From the NCBI GenBank assembly GCA_027320085.1, contig DAHVLZ010000018.1:32001-96000 (forward strand): a stretch of 64,000 bases of DNA, given 5' to 3'. The translations under genes were made by a program, and so were the position numbers. Each line of letters opens with the position of its first letter. The stretch's first letter is position 1. This document shows positions 18,901 through 28,181 of the stretch, piece after piece. The DNA comes from Pseudomonadota bacterium. Lineage in GTDB: Bacteria; Pseudomonadota; Gammaproteobacteria; JAKAQQ01. The notes beneath the pieces were generated by a model, which was given only the letters and a program-made list of their open reading frames with translations, did not search any database and was not told the DNA's origin.

Positions 18901-19195
18901 CGGGATCGGCGGCTACCCGGAACTCATGGATGACGGACACGTCACGGCTCCCCGCTGGGCGGTGGAGGGGCTCAATCGACATTTCCCGGTCGAAAACCAC
19001 GGTATTAAGCCCACGGTCACGGTCTGGCAGAACCCGGCAAAGGTCCGGGTGGGCGAGGATCCCCAGCTCGATCGGGCGATCGCAATCGCGCTCCGTCTGA
19101 TCCGCGAGCACCCCTTGCCCCATCCCCAAAGGGCCCCGTACCGCAACTACCACCTCCATCTGCCCCGGATCCCGGCGTCGCACCGGACGCACTGA
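15929..19195 (+). CDS. Exported tricorn-like S41 protease
   Basis: Signal peptide, PD40/WD beta-propellers, PDZ (GLLGA, GDYLLAVNG), IIDERFNTGG, catalytic GSGGD, GTRTWGGLVG. Confidence 0.93.
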   Translation: MRHVGLCVLAFLALPAFAQASAAPLLLRDPTLSAHHLVFSYGGILWQVGRHGGTAHPLITGHGNLARPLYSPNGRWIAFTATYQGNTDVYVARADGRDVRRLTFYPGSNIAVGWTPNSQEILFRSARYSSSYIPALYLVPVTGGLPVALPLPTGQVGSFSPTGRELAYVPELQWERFWQHYRGGQQTTIRLARLQNSAVVRIPHGTAEDRDPLWIGHHVYFLSNAPGNFTLFSYNVKTRHIRERLPARSLDLSSISAGPGAIVFDRFGRIGIYDLATGREHPVRIRLRGNVPDLRTRYIKAAPYIQASGIAPDGVRAVFTAFGKILTVPALHGSIENLTTRPGTMDRDPAWSPNGRWIAYFSDRTGSYDLEIRPDDGVGPLRRIALGEPNAFFGHLHWAPNSHRLVFSDQKLNLWEVDLGHAHPVPVRIATDRYASPLHDFHARWSPDSRWIVYTRLLPNYLHAVMVYSVQSHKTHAITHGASDCLDPVFGAGGRDLYFTESTDTGLTQGWFDMTSLDHPIRRRVYAVVLGRNGVSPLPLRNGFPKSAKPKKPVSKAHPPRVRIDFAGLSERRVVLPIPPANYTGLAAGRPGELFLDKAPLVPISENLGGPPAFSVLAFDFANRHLRTLVAKTQVFHLAADGRFMLTRIGPHWQITSIGPHPAHHRLDTAAMRVRVDPQASWDEMYRDVWRIEHAYFYSPVFDGTPVVTEEKRFARYLPGVGSRSGLNDLFREMLSYIAVGHMFVSGGLKPKTLHVGVGLLGANYRVRHGHYQITRILRGGAWNPTLYAPLAQPGLDVRVGDYLLAVNGHPLRSSENLYQAFENLAGAHVLLTVGPHPNDQDAHTFTVKTLSSEHALRVAAWVDHNLRVVNRLSHGRLGYIYLPNTGLQGFRNFNRFFFSQVDKEGLIIDERFNTGGFLSDYIIQYLKREPRSLVVTRYGKPYIEPPEANFGPRVMIINRYSGSGGDALPWYFKMEHLGPLVGTRTWGGLVGIGGYPELMDDGHVTAPRWAVEGLNRHFPVENHGIKPTVTVWQNPAKVRVGEDPQLDRAIAIALRLIREHPLPHPQRAPYRNYHLHLPRIPASHRTH

Positions 19196-19251
19196 AGCCA
19201 AAGACGCGGAGGGCCGGATCAGGTCCCCCGGGGGAGATCCCTCCGGGGGCT

Positions 19252-21447
19252 TCAGGGTGCCACGTCGAGGAGGAGCGCCGTCAAGGGCGGGAGATCAATC
19301 GTCCCAGGCTCCCCGGGCGGCTTGGTCTTGAAGAGTTCCTCCAAAGAGCTCCGGCCCCCGTAGTTGACCCACTCGCTGTTGAGAAGCAGGCGAAGAGAGC
19401 CTGCGCCGACCGGGGGGAGGGGATAATCGCACATCGCCAGGCGGCCGAAGTTGAAGATCCCGATGAGGGGGCGGCCCTTCCGGTCCAGGCGGGCGAAGGA
19501 CAGCACGGCCGAGCCGGGGGCGGGACAATCGATCCATTTGAAGCCCCGTTCGTCGAAATCAAGGTCGTAAAGCGAGGGATGGGTCGCATAGAGCCGTCCC
19601 AGGTCACGGTTCAGCCGGAGGATCCCGGATCCGGGGGGGCGCCCGGCCTCCTCCCAGTCGAGCCCACTCTTGAGCATCCACTCGCGGGAGGCGCCAAACT
19701 CGTTGCCCATGAAGCTAAGCTTTTTGCCCGGGGTCAGCATCTGGTAGACCAGAAGGAGCCGGAGACTGGCCCGTGCCTCTTGCGGGCTGCCCGACATTTT
19801 GTCGATGAGCGGACCCTTTCCGTGGGTTACTTCGTCATGGGAGAGGGGCAGGAGAAAGCGCTCGGTGAAGGCGTAGATGCGGTTGAAGGTGAGGAGTTGG
19901 GGTTGGGCAGTCCGTGCGGGAGGGAGAAGGTGCAGGTAGTCCACGGTATCGTGGAACCAGCCCAGGTTCCACTTCAGGGAAAAGCCGAGTCCGCCGTCCT
20001 GGGTGGGATGGGTGACGTGGGGCCACGCCGAGGATTCCTCGGCGATCAAGAGGATGCCCGTCTGCGCGTTCTCGGCCCACCCCGTGAGCGTGCGGAGGAA
20101 TGAGACCGCCTCCAGGTTTTCATGGGTCCCCAGGCGGTTCGGAATCCACTCGCCGGGACCGCGCGAGTAGTCCCGGTAGAGCATGGAACTCACGGCATCG
20201 ACCCGAAGTCCGTCCAGGTGGAATTCCTCGAGCCAGAAGATGGCGCTCGAGAGCAGGAAACTGCGGACCTCGGGGCGGCCAAAGTTGAAGATCAGGGTCC
20301 CCCAGTCGGGATGCCATCCTTCCCGCGGATCTGCGTACTCGTAGAGGGGCTCCCCGTCGAAGCGGCTGAGCGCCCCCTCGTTCCCTGGGAAATGGGCCGG
20401 AACCCAGTCGAGTATGACGCCGATCCCTGCTTCATGACAAGTCTCCACGAAGGCCCGGAAGTCGTCCGGGCTTCCGTACCTCGAAGTGGGGGCGAAATAG
20501 CCGGTGGCCTGGTATCCCCAGGACTCGTCCAAAGGATGCTCCAGGATGGGCAGGAGCTCGATGTGGGTGTAGCCCAAAAGCCGGCAGTGCTCGACGAGAT
20601 CACGGGCCACATCCCGGTAGTTGGGCCAGCCGGGATCCGAACTCCGCTTCCAGGAACCGAGGTGCACCTCGTAGATCTGCAGGGGTTCGTGTTGCCAATC
20701 CCACTTCTTCCTGCGCTCAAGCCATTCTGCATCGTGCCAGATGTGCTGCTGTTCCGGAATCCGGGCCTTGGGTCCCGGGCGCATCTCAAATGCCCGGCCA
20801 TAGGGATCGGCACGCAGAAGGACCGGGCCCTCGCGGGCTTTGAGCGCAAACTGGTAGCCGGAGTTGTCGTCTTCGAGTCCGGGAATGAAAAGCTCCCAGA
20901 CCCCGCTGGTGCCACGGGGTCGCAGGGGATGGAACGCCGGATTCCACCCGTTGAAGTCGCCGACTACGCTCACCTGGATGGCGCGCGGTGCCCAGACGGC
21001 GAAAAACAGTCCCGGAACACCCTCATGCACGATGCGCTTCGCCCCGAGATGCTGAGGAGCGTCGAGGAGGGTCCCGGCGTTCAAGCGCGCCAGAACGGTC
21101 CCATCCAGGACCGGCCCGAAAAGATAGGGGTCGTAACGTTCGTGGGAGCCGAGTCTGTCGTGCCACAAAAGCCGGTAGGGCGTGGGCAAGGGTGAGCCCT
21201 CGCGCACGAAGAACCCGTTCAGATCATCGACACAGTCAAGCTTGTGCGGTGTACCGGTCGTCAAAATCTGGACGTATTCTGCCTCAGGTAGCACCACCCG
21301 CTGAATGGCTTGTGGTCCCCGCTGGTGCTGACCCCGCCATGCGAAGGGATCGGGAGTGTCTGCGAGGAAAGCCGCCTTCCTTTGGGGCAAGGGGCGCTTA
21401 ACCGTTGAGGGGGGAGGGGGCCGGGGCGGCCAGCGCCATGCGCACAT
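19252..21447 (-). CDS. glgB: 1,4-alpha-glucan branching enzyme
   Basis: FAVWAP, YEVHLGSW, SWGYQ, LDWVPAHFP, LRVDAVSSM, IAEES, LSHDE; true start is probably near 21390. Confidence 0.95.
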   Translation of the reverse strand: MCAWRWPPRPPPPSTVKRPLPQRKAAFLADTPDPFAWRGQHQRGPQAIQRVVLPEAEYVQILTTGTPHKLDCVDDLNGFFVREGSPLPTPYRLLWHDRLGSHERYDPYLFGPVLDGTVLARLNAGTLLDAPQHLGAKRIVHEGVPGLFFAVWAPRAIQVSVVGDFNGWNPAFHPLRPRGTSGVWELFIPGLEDDNSGYQFALKAREGPVLLRADPYGRAFEMRPGPKARIPEQQHIWHDAEWLERRKKWDWQHEPLQIYEVHLGSWKRSSDPGWPNYRDVARDLVEHCRLLGYTHIELLPILEHPLDESWGYQATGYFAPTSRYGSPDDFRAFVETCHEAGIGVILDWVPAHFPGNEGALSRFDGEPLYEYADPREGWHPDWGTLIFNFGRPEVRSFLLSSAIFWLEEFHLDGLRVDAVSSMLYRDYSRGPGEWIPNRLGTHENLEAVSFLRTLTGWAENAQTGILLIAEESSAWPHVTHPTQDGGLGFSLKWNLGWFHDTVDYLHLLPPARTAQPQLLTFNRIYAFTERFLLPLSHDEVTHGKGPLIDKMSGSPQEARASLRLLLVYQMLTPGKKLSFMGNEFGASREWMLKSGLDWEEAGRPPGSGILRLNRDLGRLYATHPSLYDLDFDERGFKWIDCPAPGSAVLSFARLDRKGRPLIGIFNFGRLAMCDYPLPPVGAGSLRLLLNSEWVNYGGRSSLEELFKTKPPGEPGTIDLPPLTALLLDVAP

Positions 21448-23299
21448 GGCGGATAAACCGGGTCATGCCGGTTTCGCCGATGAGCCGGTCATGGGGGAGC
21501 GGCGGACCTTCGGCCGTATAGAAAAGGAAGGTCGGCGGACCCAGGATGTGGAAATGATGGAGAAGCAGGCGGGCATTCGGCGTATCCCGGGTGAGGTCGA
21601 CCCGGATGAATGCCAGCCTCGGGGCAAGGGTACCGATGGTGCGGTTTCCATCGAGCCGCTGGTCCATCAAGCGACAGGAGATGCACCACTGGGCCCAGAA
21701 GTCGACCACGGCGGCCCTTTGGTTTTGCTGCGCACGATGGAGGGCCCGGTCGAGCTGGTCGAGACTCGTGACCTGGATCCAGCTGACCGGATGACCGGCC
21801 GGTCCCGGGGTGCGGGCGGTTGCCACAGGGGATAAGGCGGGGAGGGGTTCTAGGAGATTCGTTCCGCCAAGACTGGCCCCCACGATTTCCATGGCCCCCA
21901 GGAGGGTGAAGAGCGCGCAGAGTGCCCAAAGCCAGGGGGAGGCTCCCGGGGTTTTGGCACGGCTCAGCCGTTCCGCCTGGTTCAGGAAGCCTCCGCCGAG
22001 AAGGAGCACAATGCCGGCCAACGCCAGGATCCATGACATGGGGAGGAGGTCGCTGAGATACCAGAGGGCGAGGGCCAGAAGTAAAAAGCCCAGGAGGATG
22101 TTCACGGCCCTGAGCCAGGGTCCGCTTTTGGGCCAGAAACGGCCAGCGGTCAGGCCGAAGACCAGGAGGGGGAGACCCATGCCGATGCCCAGGGAGAAAA
22201 GGAGGATCCCCCCCCGTACAACGGCCCCATGCTGAGCGATCAGGATGAGAATGGCCGCGAGTGGCGGGATCAGGCAAGGTCCGACCAGGACCGCGGAGAT
22301 CACGCCCATCACGGCACTCCCGGCGAGACTGCCCGCAGGTCCTTCCCGGGACTGGTTGCGGTTCGCCCAATCCTGGACGACGCTCGGCAGGCGGAGTTCG
22401 AAGAGACCGAAGAGGGAAAGCGCCAGTGCGACGAACAGGGCAGCCAAAAGCCCGATGACCCAGGGGGTCTCGAGAATGGTGCTGAGACTGCGTCCCAGGG
22501 CACCTGCAATCAGGCCCGCTGCGGTGTAGGAGAGGGCAAGTGCCAAAACGTAGACCAAAGCCCGTGGCAGGAGCGAACGGATCCGTCGCGAATCCCCCCG
22601 GCTCAGAACCGTTACGATGATCGGGATCATCGGCGCCGAGCAGGGGGTGAAGGTGAGAAGTACTCCCATCAGGACGAAGGCGAGAATGGCGAGCGCCAGC
22701 GGGGCATGGAGTGTGAGATGCCCCGCCTTCCGTTCCAGGTTCCCAAAAGATCCGAAGAGGGTCGGATGGGTCTTTCTGTCGTGAGAGGACGGCTGGATGT
22801 GGGAGGCAGGCAGGCTCAGGGTCCGGTGGACCGGCGGGTAACACAAGCCGGCGGCCGAACAGCCCTGGTAGCGGACTTTGAGTATCAAAGCCTGACCGTG
22901 CGTTCCGTAGACCGGCAGTGGGAGAGCCAGACGATTGAAAAACACGTGCACGATACCGAAGGTCCCATCGTTCCGGAGTGTGGAGGCTGGGAACAGGGGT
23001 GCGCCCAGTCGCGTGTGGGCTGGAGCCATCACCCGGAAACGGAACTGGCGGCGGTAGAGGTAGTAGCCCGGCCCAAGCCTCCAGGTGAGCATCACGGTCT
23101 CGCGGTCCGGGCGGGTGGCGCGGAGGACGAAGGCTTGGTTCACGGGGAGAAAATGGTGGGATCCGCGGGCCAGAAGCCGGCTCAGGATGGAGGGTCGGGC
23201 GCCCGCCGTGGGGCCTGCCAGTAAAAGGGCGGTCAGCGAGAGCGCACAGAAGAGCGTGGACGACCGGGGCGATGGATACGGGCGGTCCATGAAAGGCAA
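21398..23299 (-). CDS. dsbD: Thiol:disulfide interchange protein
   Basis: YQGCSAAGLCYPP, TM domain FTPC and GPC, C-terminal thioredoxin WAQWCISC. Confidence 0.93.
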   Translation of the reverse strand: MPFMDRPYPSPRSSTLFCALSLTALLLAGPTAGARPSILSRLLARGSHHFLPVNQAFVLRATRPDRETVMLTWRLGPGYYLYRRQFRFRVMAPAHTRLGAPLFPASTLRNDGTFGIVHVFFNRLALPLPVYGTHGQALILKVRYQGCSAAGLCYPPVHRTLSLPASHIQPSSHDRKTHPTLFGSFGNLERKAGHLTLHAPLALAILAFVLMGVLLTFTPCSAPMIPIIVTVLSRGDSRRIRSLLPRALVYVLALALSYTAAGLIAGALGRSLSTILETPWVIGLLAALFVALALSLFGLFELRLPSVVQDWANRNQSREGPAGSLAGSAVMGVISAVLVGPCLIPPLAAILILIAQHGAVVRGGILLFSLGIGMGLPLLVFGLTAGRFWPKSGPWLRAVNILLGFLLLALALWYLSDLLPMSWILALAGIVLLLGGGFLNQAERLSRAKTPGASPWLWALCALFTLLGAMEIVGASLGGTNLLEPLPALSPVATARTPGPAGHPVSWIQVTSLDQLDRALHRAQQNQRAAVVDFWAQWCISCRLMDQRLDGNRTIGTLAPRLAFIRVDLTRDTPNARLLLHHFHILGPPTFLFYTAEGPPLPHDRLIGETGMTRFIRHVRMALAAPAPSPLNG

Positions 23300-23551
23300 C
23301 CTCGAAACTTCAGGGCCGGCCGCAAGGGTTCAGGGATTCGGGCCGCCCAAACGAAGGAAGGGAATGGGACAGTGTAGCAGAAGCCGGAGGGGCGCCCCGA
23401 GCCCGTGTTTGCCTGCCGGGGCCGGTTCATTTCACCGGGAGAACGAAACGCCCGCCTCCTCCAGGTGGAAAAGCCGGCCCCGGGGCTGCGCCCGGGGCCG
23501 GGTTGCCAGGGGTTGAGGACGGATCGGTCCTGAGAAAAGATCAGCCCGCAA

Positions 23552-24103
23552 CTAGTGGTGCATTCCGCCCATCCGATGCATCCGGTGCCAGACGTGCATC
23601 ATGTGCATGCGCATCTTCGCTGTAAGTCTGAGGTAGATGATCCGTTGTGCGGGATCGAGCAGACGATAGCCCTTGAGATGGAAGGGAATCATCACGTAGC
23701 CGAGATAGGTTTGTGCCCGACCCACCGCCATGACATCACCCACGAGTGCCCGGATGGATGGATTGGGAGCCCGCGCCGCCATCCGGTAGTTCCGGTAAGC
23801 CGCCTTGAGTTGGCGGACTCCTCGACCCGTCTCCATCATCATTCCCATGGCCAGATGCTTCTCTTCCGCCACCTGTTGTGGGGTCAAGTGGAGGGCTGCG
23901 GCATGCATGAGATCCCAGTGCGGACCAGGATGGAAGACGAAGAAGATGAAGGGAAAGCCGAGCGAATGATGCATGAAATACATCCCCCGCTTCGCCCGGG
24001 TGACCGGTCGGCCATGCATGGCCGCATGGGCCGGACTGAGGCCTGCCGCCACGGTGGCCAGGGCCATCGCCAAGACGGCGTTCTTCATGGTTGCTTTGGA
24101 CAT
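23552..24103 (-). CDS. Secreted His/Met-rich helical protein (Spy/CpxP/ZraP-like)
   Basis: Signal peptide ending AHA, L.LTPQQ and LLDPAQ motifs, C-terminal MRMHMMHVWHRMHRMGGMHH. Confidence 0.6.
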   Translation of the reverse strand: MSKATMKNAVLAMALATVAAGLSPAHAAMHGRPVTRAKRGMYFMHHSLGFPFIFFVFHPGPHWDLMHAAALHLTPQQVAEEKHLAMGMMMETGRGVRQLKAAYRNYRMAARAPNPSIRALVGDVMAVGRAQTYLGYVMIPFHLKGYRLLDPAQRIIYLRLTAKMRMHMMHVWHRMHRMGGMHH

Positions 24104-24459
24104 CGGGAACCTCCGGAAGATGTGACGCTTACCGGTATGCTGCGACGCAATCGCAGTTGTGTCAACCCGCGGATGGGATCGGAGCCTTTTCAATCCAAAA
24201 GTCACCGACATGAGCAAGTATTCTCACGAATCGGATCAAACATCCCAGATGTCCTCCTGCAGCCTGCCGGGCTGGTGTAGACGATTCTGGGCGAGAAGGT
24301 GAGTACGGGGGGCTTTCGAGCTGGCCGGGACGGCGCCCTTTGCTGTGATCCGAAGTTCAAAAAGCGCTGGTTCGCCCACTGCAAAGCTGGTCCGTGGGTG
24401 CGGGGGAGATGAAAATGCCACAATAATATCGCCATGTTGCCCTCCTTCGGGGGAATGCC

Positions 24460-24762
24460 ATGTTCAATCCCGAGTCTTGGAGTTTTCTTGAACAGATTGC
24501 TCCCCGATATATCTGGTGGAAGACACCGGACGATGCCTTGCGTTATCCCAACCGCCTGATTGCACAAGTCATGGATATCGGCACCTTTGAAGATATCCAG
24601 ATCTTGGTCCGGCTGCTCGGAGAGGAACGATTGGCTGGTGTCCTGCGACACGTTGAGCCCGGTTGGCTTCGTCCGCAATCCTGGGCCTACTGGCACTATC
24701 GATTGGGACTGGTTGAGGCCAAAGAGCCCCTGCCGCCAGAACCGCAGAGAAAAATTGCTTGA
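24460..24762 (+). CDS. Small partner (putative antitoxin) of an AbiEii-type nucleotidyltransferase
   Basis: YIWW...IAQVMDIGTFED...SWAYWHYRLG; ends 10 bp upstream of the NTase gene. Confidence 0.7.
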   Translation: MFNPESWSFLEQIAPRYIWWKTPDDALRYPNRLIAQVMDIGTFEDIQILVRLLGEERLAGVLRHVEPGWLRPQSWAYWHYRLGLVEAKEPLPPEPQRKIA

Positions 24763-24772
24763 GTCTTGGGGG

Positions 24773-25518
24773 ATGCAGACATTCAGCCCTCGCAAGGACG
24801 TTCTGCCGTTGGCGCAGCAACAGCTTTGGCCCCAGTTGCGCCCCACAATCGATCTCGGGCTGGTGCTTTACGGTGGTACGGCAATAGCGCTCCGGGTCGG
24901 ACACCGCCAATCCGTTGATTTTGGCTTTTTTACAGATAAATCACTGCATAAGTCGTCACTACGTCGGGAAATGCCTTTCCTGAACGACGGCATCGTCCTG
25001 CAGGACCAAGTGGACACGCTGACGGTTCAGGCTCCGTCCGGTAATCTCACGGAGAGCCCCGTGAAGATCTCGTTCTTTGGATCTATTCGCTCCGGGAGGG
25101 TCGGTGAACCGGAAATGACCGATGATGGTGTGCTCCAGGTTGCATCCCTTCCGGACTTGCTCGCAACCAAGTTGAAAGTCATACTCCAGCGAGCGGAGGC
25201 CAAAGATTATCAAGACATCGCGGCAATATTACGGGCGGGCGTGTCTCTGGAATGCGGTTTGGCCTCGGCGCGCCAGATATTCGGCAATGCCTTTCAACCA
25301 GCGGAGGGCCTGCGTGCGCTCGTCTACTTCAAGGGGGGGATTTGGATACGTTGGATCTGACAGTAAGGCATGCGCTCGTGGAATCCGCATCGCGAGTCAA
25401 AGAACTGCCTGATTCTCCCGTTGTCAGCACGGCACTGTCTCCATCGCCCAGTTCCATGAAAATCAAGGAGCGGAAACGGGATCTTGACCATGATCCTTGG
25501 GGTGATTTCGGTAGATAG
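24773..25518 (+). pseudogene. AbiEii/MenT-family nucleotidyltransferase toxin, frameshifted
   Basis: LYGGTAIALRVGHRQSVDFG, LLATKL..I.QRAEAKDYQDI; frame breaks at G7 (25333-25339) and continues GGDLDTL... in the 25252..25518 frame. Confidence 0.8.
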
Positions 25519-25519
25519 C

Positions 25520-25825
25520 CTATCGGTGGATGGCAAACACTACCGATGTCCTTATGAAGCTCCCCCATGCTTCGTTCCCGGCATCGGGCCGGTGCGCGAG
25601 ACTCGGCGGAAGCAAAAACCGGTGCTGGGAGACTATCGACGAAGAACGACATGGGTCGCCCTCATGAATTCCGTCGCCGGACATGCGCCGGAATGTCCGG
25701 GTCGCGAATGCCCATTCGTGCAGTGCCCGACCGCCAACGCCCAGTGGATGATCCAGGCTCTGATGCGCTCCCGCACCGAAACCGTCGATCGAGATCGAGA
25801 AAGATCCCCCGCGGACTTTACTCAT
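25520..25825 (-). pseudogene. N-terminal fragment of a RibD-C/dihydrofolate reductase family protein
   Basis: MSKVR..FSISIDGFGAG..QSLDHPLGVGG.ALHEWAFATRTFRRM, then similarity is lost. Confidence 0.7.
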
Positions 25826-26134
25826 GGGCCCAGCTCTTCGCCCCCGCGGTTCACGGGTCCAGTGTACGCCACCCCTGGTGCTAGTAACGCACGCCCCGGT
25901 TCAGGTTTCGCCGGGGACAAAATGATTCGCGCCTTCAGATACCTGAACTTTCCGAGGATGAGCCGACTTTCCGGTTTCCTGTGCCCCATCCGGTTTTGTG
26001 CCAACCACCGGAGCCTCGCCGGATAGGCCACTTTCCCGGGTTCTGCCCACGCCATCCCGGCCCGGGGGACAAGGAGGTTCGGGCCGCTCTTTGCTACACT
26101 GGGTGGACTTTTCGGTTGAGCCCTGGCCCGTTTC

Positions 26135-27436
26135 ATGACGAGTTTTCACCCGGCTGGATCCGGCCCGCTGGCCGATCTCAAGGCGCGTCGTTCCATCTTC
26201 CAGCTGACGGACGAGACGGGGATCGCCTCCCTGCTGTCCGAGGCTCCAACCACCGTCTATGTGGGATTCGACCCCACAGCCGATAGTCTCCATCTCGGTC
26301 ACCTTTTGCCGCTCATGACCATGAGGCGGCTCCAGCAGGCCGGCCACCGCCCGCTCATCGTCTTGGGCGGGGCGACGGGGCTGATCGGGGACCCCAGCGG
26401 CAAACTCTCGGAGCGGGTCATGCAGACGATGGAGGCGGTGGATTCCTATGCCGAGTCCCTGGGTCGGCAGATCGGGCATTTTCTGGATTGCGGCGGGAGC
26501 CCCACCAGTGCCCGGATCCTCAACAACCGGGAATGGATCGGTCCCCTGGACCTGATCGGCTTTCTGCGCGACGTCGGAAAACACTTCTCGGTGGGGGCAA
26601 TGCTCGGCAAGGAGACCGTGCGGACCCGTCTGGGAAATGAAAACGCGGGACTGTCTTACACGGAGTTCAGTTACCTCCTGCTCCAGGCCTACGATTTTGA
26701 CCACCTGTGTCGAACGGAAGGTTGCCGGCTGCAGATCGGTGGCAGCGACCAGTGGGGCAACATCACGGCCGGCGTCGAACTCATCCGCCGTCGACAGAAC
26801 CGGGAGGCTTATGGGTGGACAACCCCACTCGTGACGACAGCAGCGGGCAGTAAACTCGGCAAGACGGAAACGGGAACCATCTGGCTGGATCCCGGAAAGA
26901 CCCCCCCCTACACGTTCTACCAGTACCTCCTCCAGGTGGACGATGCGGATGCAGGCCGGTTTTTGCGCTACTTCAGCGAATATGACCTCGGGACGATCGA
27001 GGCGATCGAGGCGGAACAGGCGAAAGATCCGGCAAGCCGGCCGGGCCAGAAGGCACTTGCCCGCGAGCTCACGACCCGGGTTCATGGATCAGTCGAGACC
27101 GGACGCGTGATCCGCGTGAGCGAGACCCTTTTCGGATCAGCCGACCTTCGGGCGCTGGACCTCGAGAGTTTTCGACTGCTCGAGACCGTAATCCCCGGAG
27201 CGGTCGTTTCGCGCGAGCCCCCGAGATGGGCGCTTGAAGAGCTCCTGGTCGCAACCGGACTCGTCTCCTCGAAAAGCCGTGCCCGTGAGGAGATCCGGGC
27301 CGGTGCGGTCTCGGTCAACCAGAAAAGGGTGGAGGAGACGACCCGCGCGATCGGGCACGGGGATTTTCTCTGGGACCGCTATCTGCTTCTGGGCAAGGGG
27401 AGGCGTCACCATGCCTGGGTCCGCCTCGGCGATTGA
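26135..27436 (+). CDS. tyrS: Tyrosine--tRNA ligase
   Basis: YVGFDPTADSLHLGH, YLLLQAYDF, QIGGSDQWGNI, KLGKT, C-terminal S4 domain. Confidence 0.98.
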   Translation: MTSFHPAGSGPLADLKARRSIFQLTDETGIASLLSEAPTTVYVGFDPTADSLHLGHLLPLMTMRRLQQAGHRPLIVLGGATGLIGDPSGKLSERVMQTMEAVDSYAESLGRQIGHFLDCGGSPTSARILNNREWIGPLDLIGFLRDVGKHFSVGAMLGKETVRTRLGNENAGLSYTEFSYLLLQAYDFDHLCRTEGCRLQIGGSDQWGNITAGVELIRRRQNREAYGWTTPLVTTAAGSKLGKTETGTIWLDPGKTPPYTFYQYLLQVDDADAGRFLRYFSEYDLGTIEAIEAEQAKDPASRPGQKALARELTTRVHGSVETGRVIRVSETLFGSADLRALDLESFRLLETVIPGAVVSREPPRWALEELLVATGLVSSKSRAREEIRAGAVSVNQKRVEETTRAIGHGDFLWDRYLLLGKGRRHHAWVRLGD

Positions 27437-27779
27437 TCTGCTTCCCGCCGGGCTGGCCCGGACACCCGAGCCACCCTACTACGCGGTCATTTTTTCCTCG
27501 ATCCTGAAAAGGGACGATCCGGCATACCACCGGATGTCCCGACGCATGGCGGAACTGGTTGACCGTCAGCCGGGTTTTCTCGGCTGGGAAAGCGCCCGTG
27601 AGGCGGGAGGAGTTGGAATCACGGTTTCCTACTGGGAATCACTCGAAGCCATAGCCGCGTGGAAGGCACAGATGGAACACCAGGCCGCCCAGAAGCTGGG
27701 GCGGGAACTCTGGTATGCCGGCTATGCGATCCGGATCGCCCGTGTCGAACGGGCCAGCGGGTTTCTGCCGGAGCGTTGA
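27411..27779 (+). CDS. Antibiotic biosynthesis monooxygenase (ABM) family protein
   Basis: TPEPPYYAVIFSS, QPGFLG.ESAR, GITVSYW, H..AQ..GR..WY. Confidence 0.88.
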   Translation: MPGSASAIDLLPAGLARTPEPPYYAVIFSSILKRDDPAYHRMSRRMAELVDRQPGFLGWESAREAGGVGITVSYWESLEAIAAWKAQMEHQAAQKLGRELWYAGYAIRIARVERASGFLPER

Positions 27780-27800
27780 CGGGCCCGATGGACCGGTCGC

Positions 27801-28178
27801 CTATCCGGCGGGATCCTCCAGGCGGTTGATGGCCTCCACACAGCTTTCGTCGATCCGTCGGGCAATCTCGGAAAGATGGGGGTTCGGGTAGGGGGCGAGG
27901 CACTCCCGCGCGGTTCGGTACAAAATCTCGGTCCGCTCCCCGCATCCGACGAGGTAGAGCCGGAGGGGAACTTCGAGGCCGGCCCGTGGATCGGTCGTCC
28001 GTACATGCGATATCCAGTCCGGCCGGGAAAGAAGGAACAGGATTCCTTCCGGTTCCGCGGGCAGGGAGGTGGGGGGGTGCGCGATGCGCAGGACGAGGTC
28101 GATCCCGGCCGCTCCGAGAACGGCGAGCAGGCGTCGGGCCGTCTCGTCCGGGGGAAACGGCACGATCCAGCTTTGCAT
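27801..28178 (-). CDS. DUF302-like protein (diverged)
   Basis: DPRAGLEVPLRLYLV motif, RIAH; 3 bp downstream of aceF. Confidence 0.65.
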   Translation of the reverse strand: MQSWIVPFPPDETARRLLAVLGAAGIDLVLRIAHPPTSLPAEPEGILFLLSRPDWISHVRTTDPRAGLEVPLRLYLVGCGERTEILYRTARECLAPYPNPHLSEIARRIDESCVEAINRLEDPAG

Positions 28179-28181
28179 GCG

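Noticed and set aside
25830-26134. T-box riboswitch upstream of tyrS
   Set aside because: No T-box consensus (AAGGTGGNACC-like) or terminator seen; T-boxes are atypical for Gammaproteobacteria.
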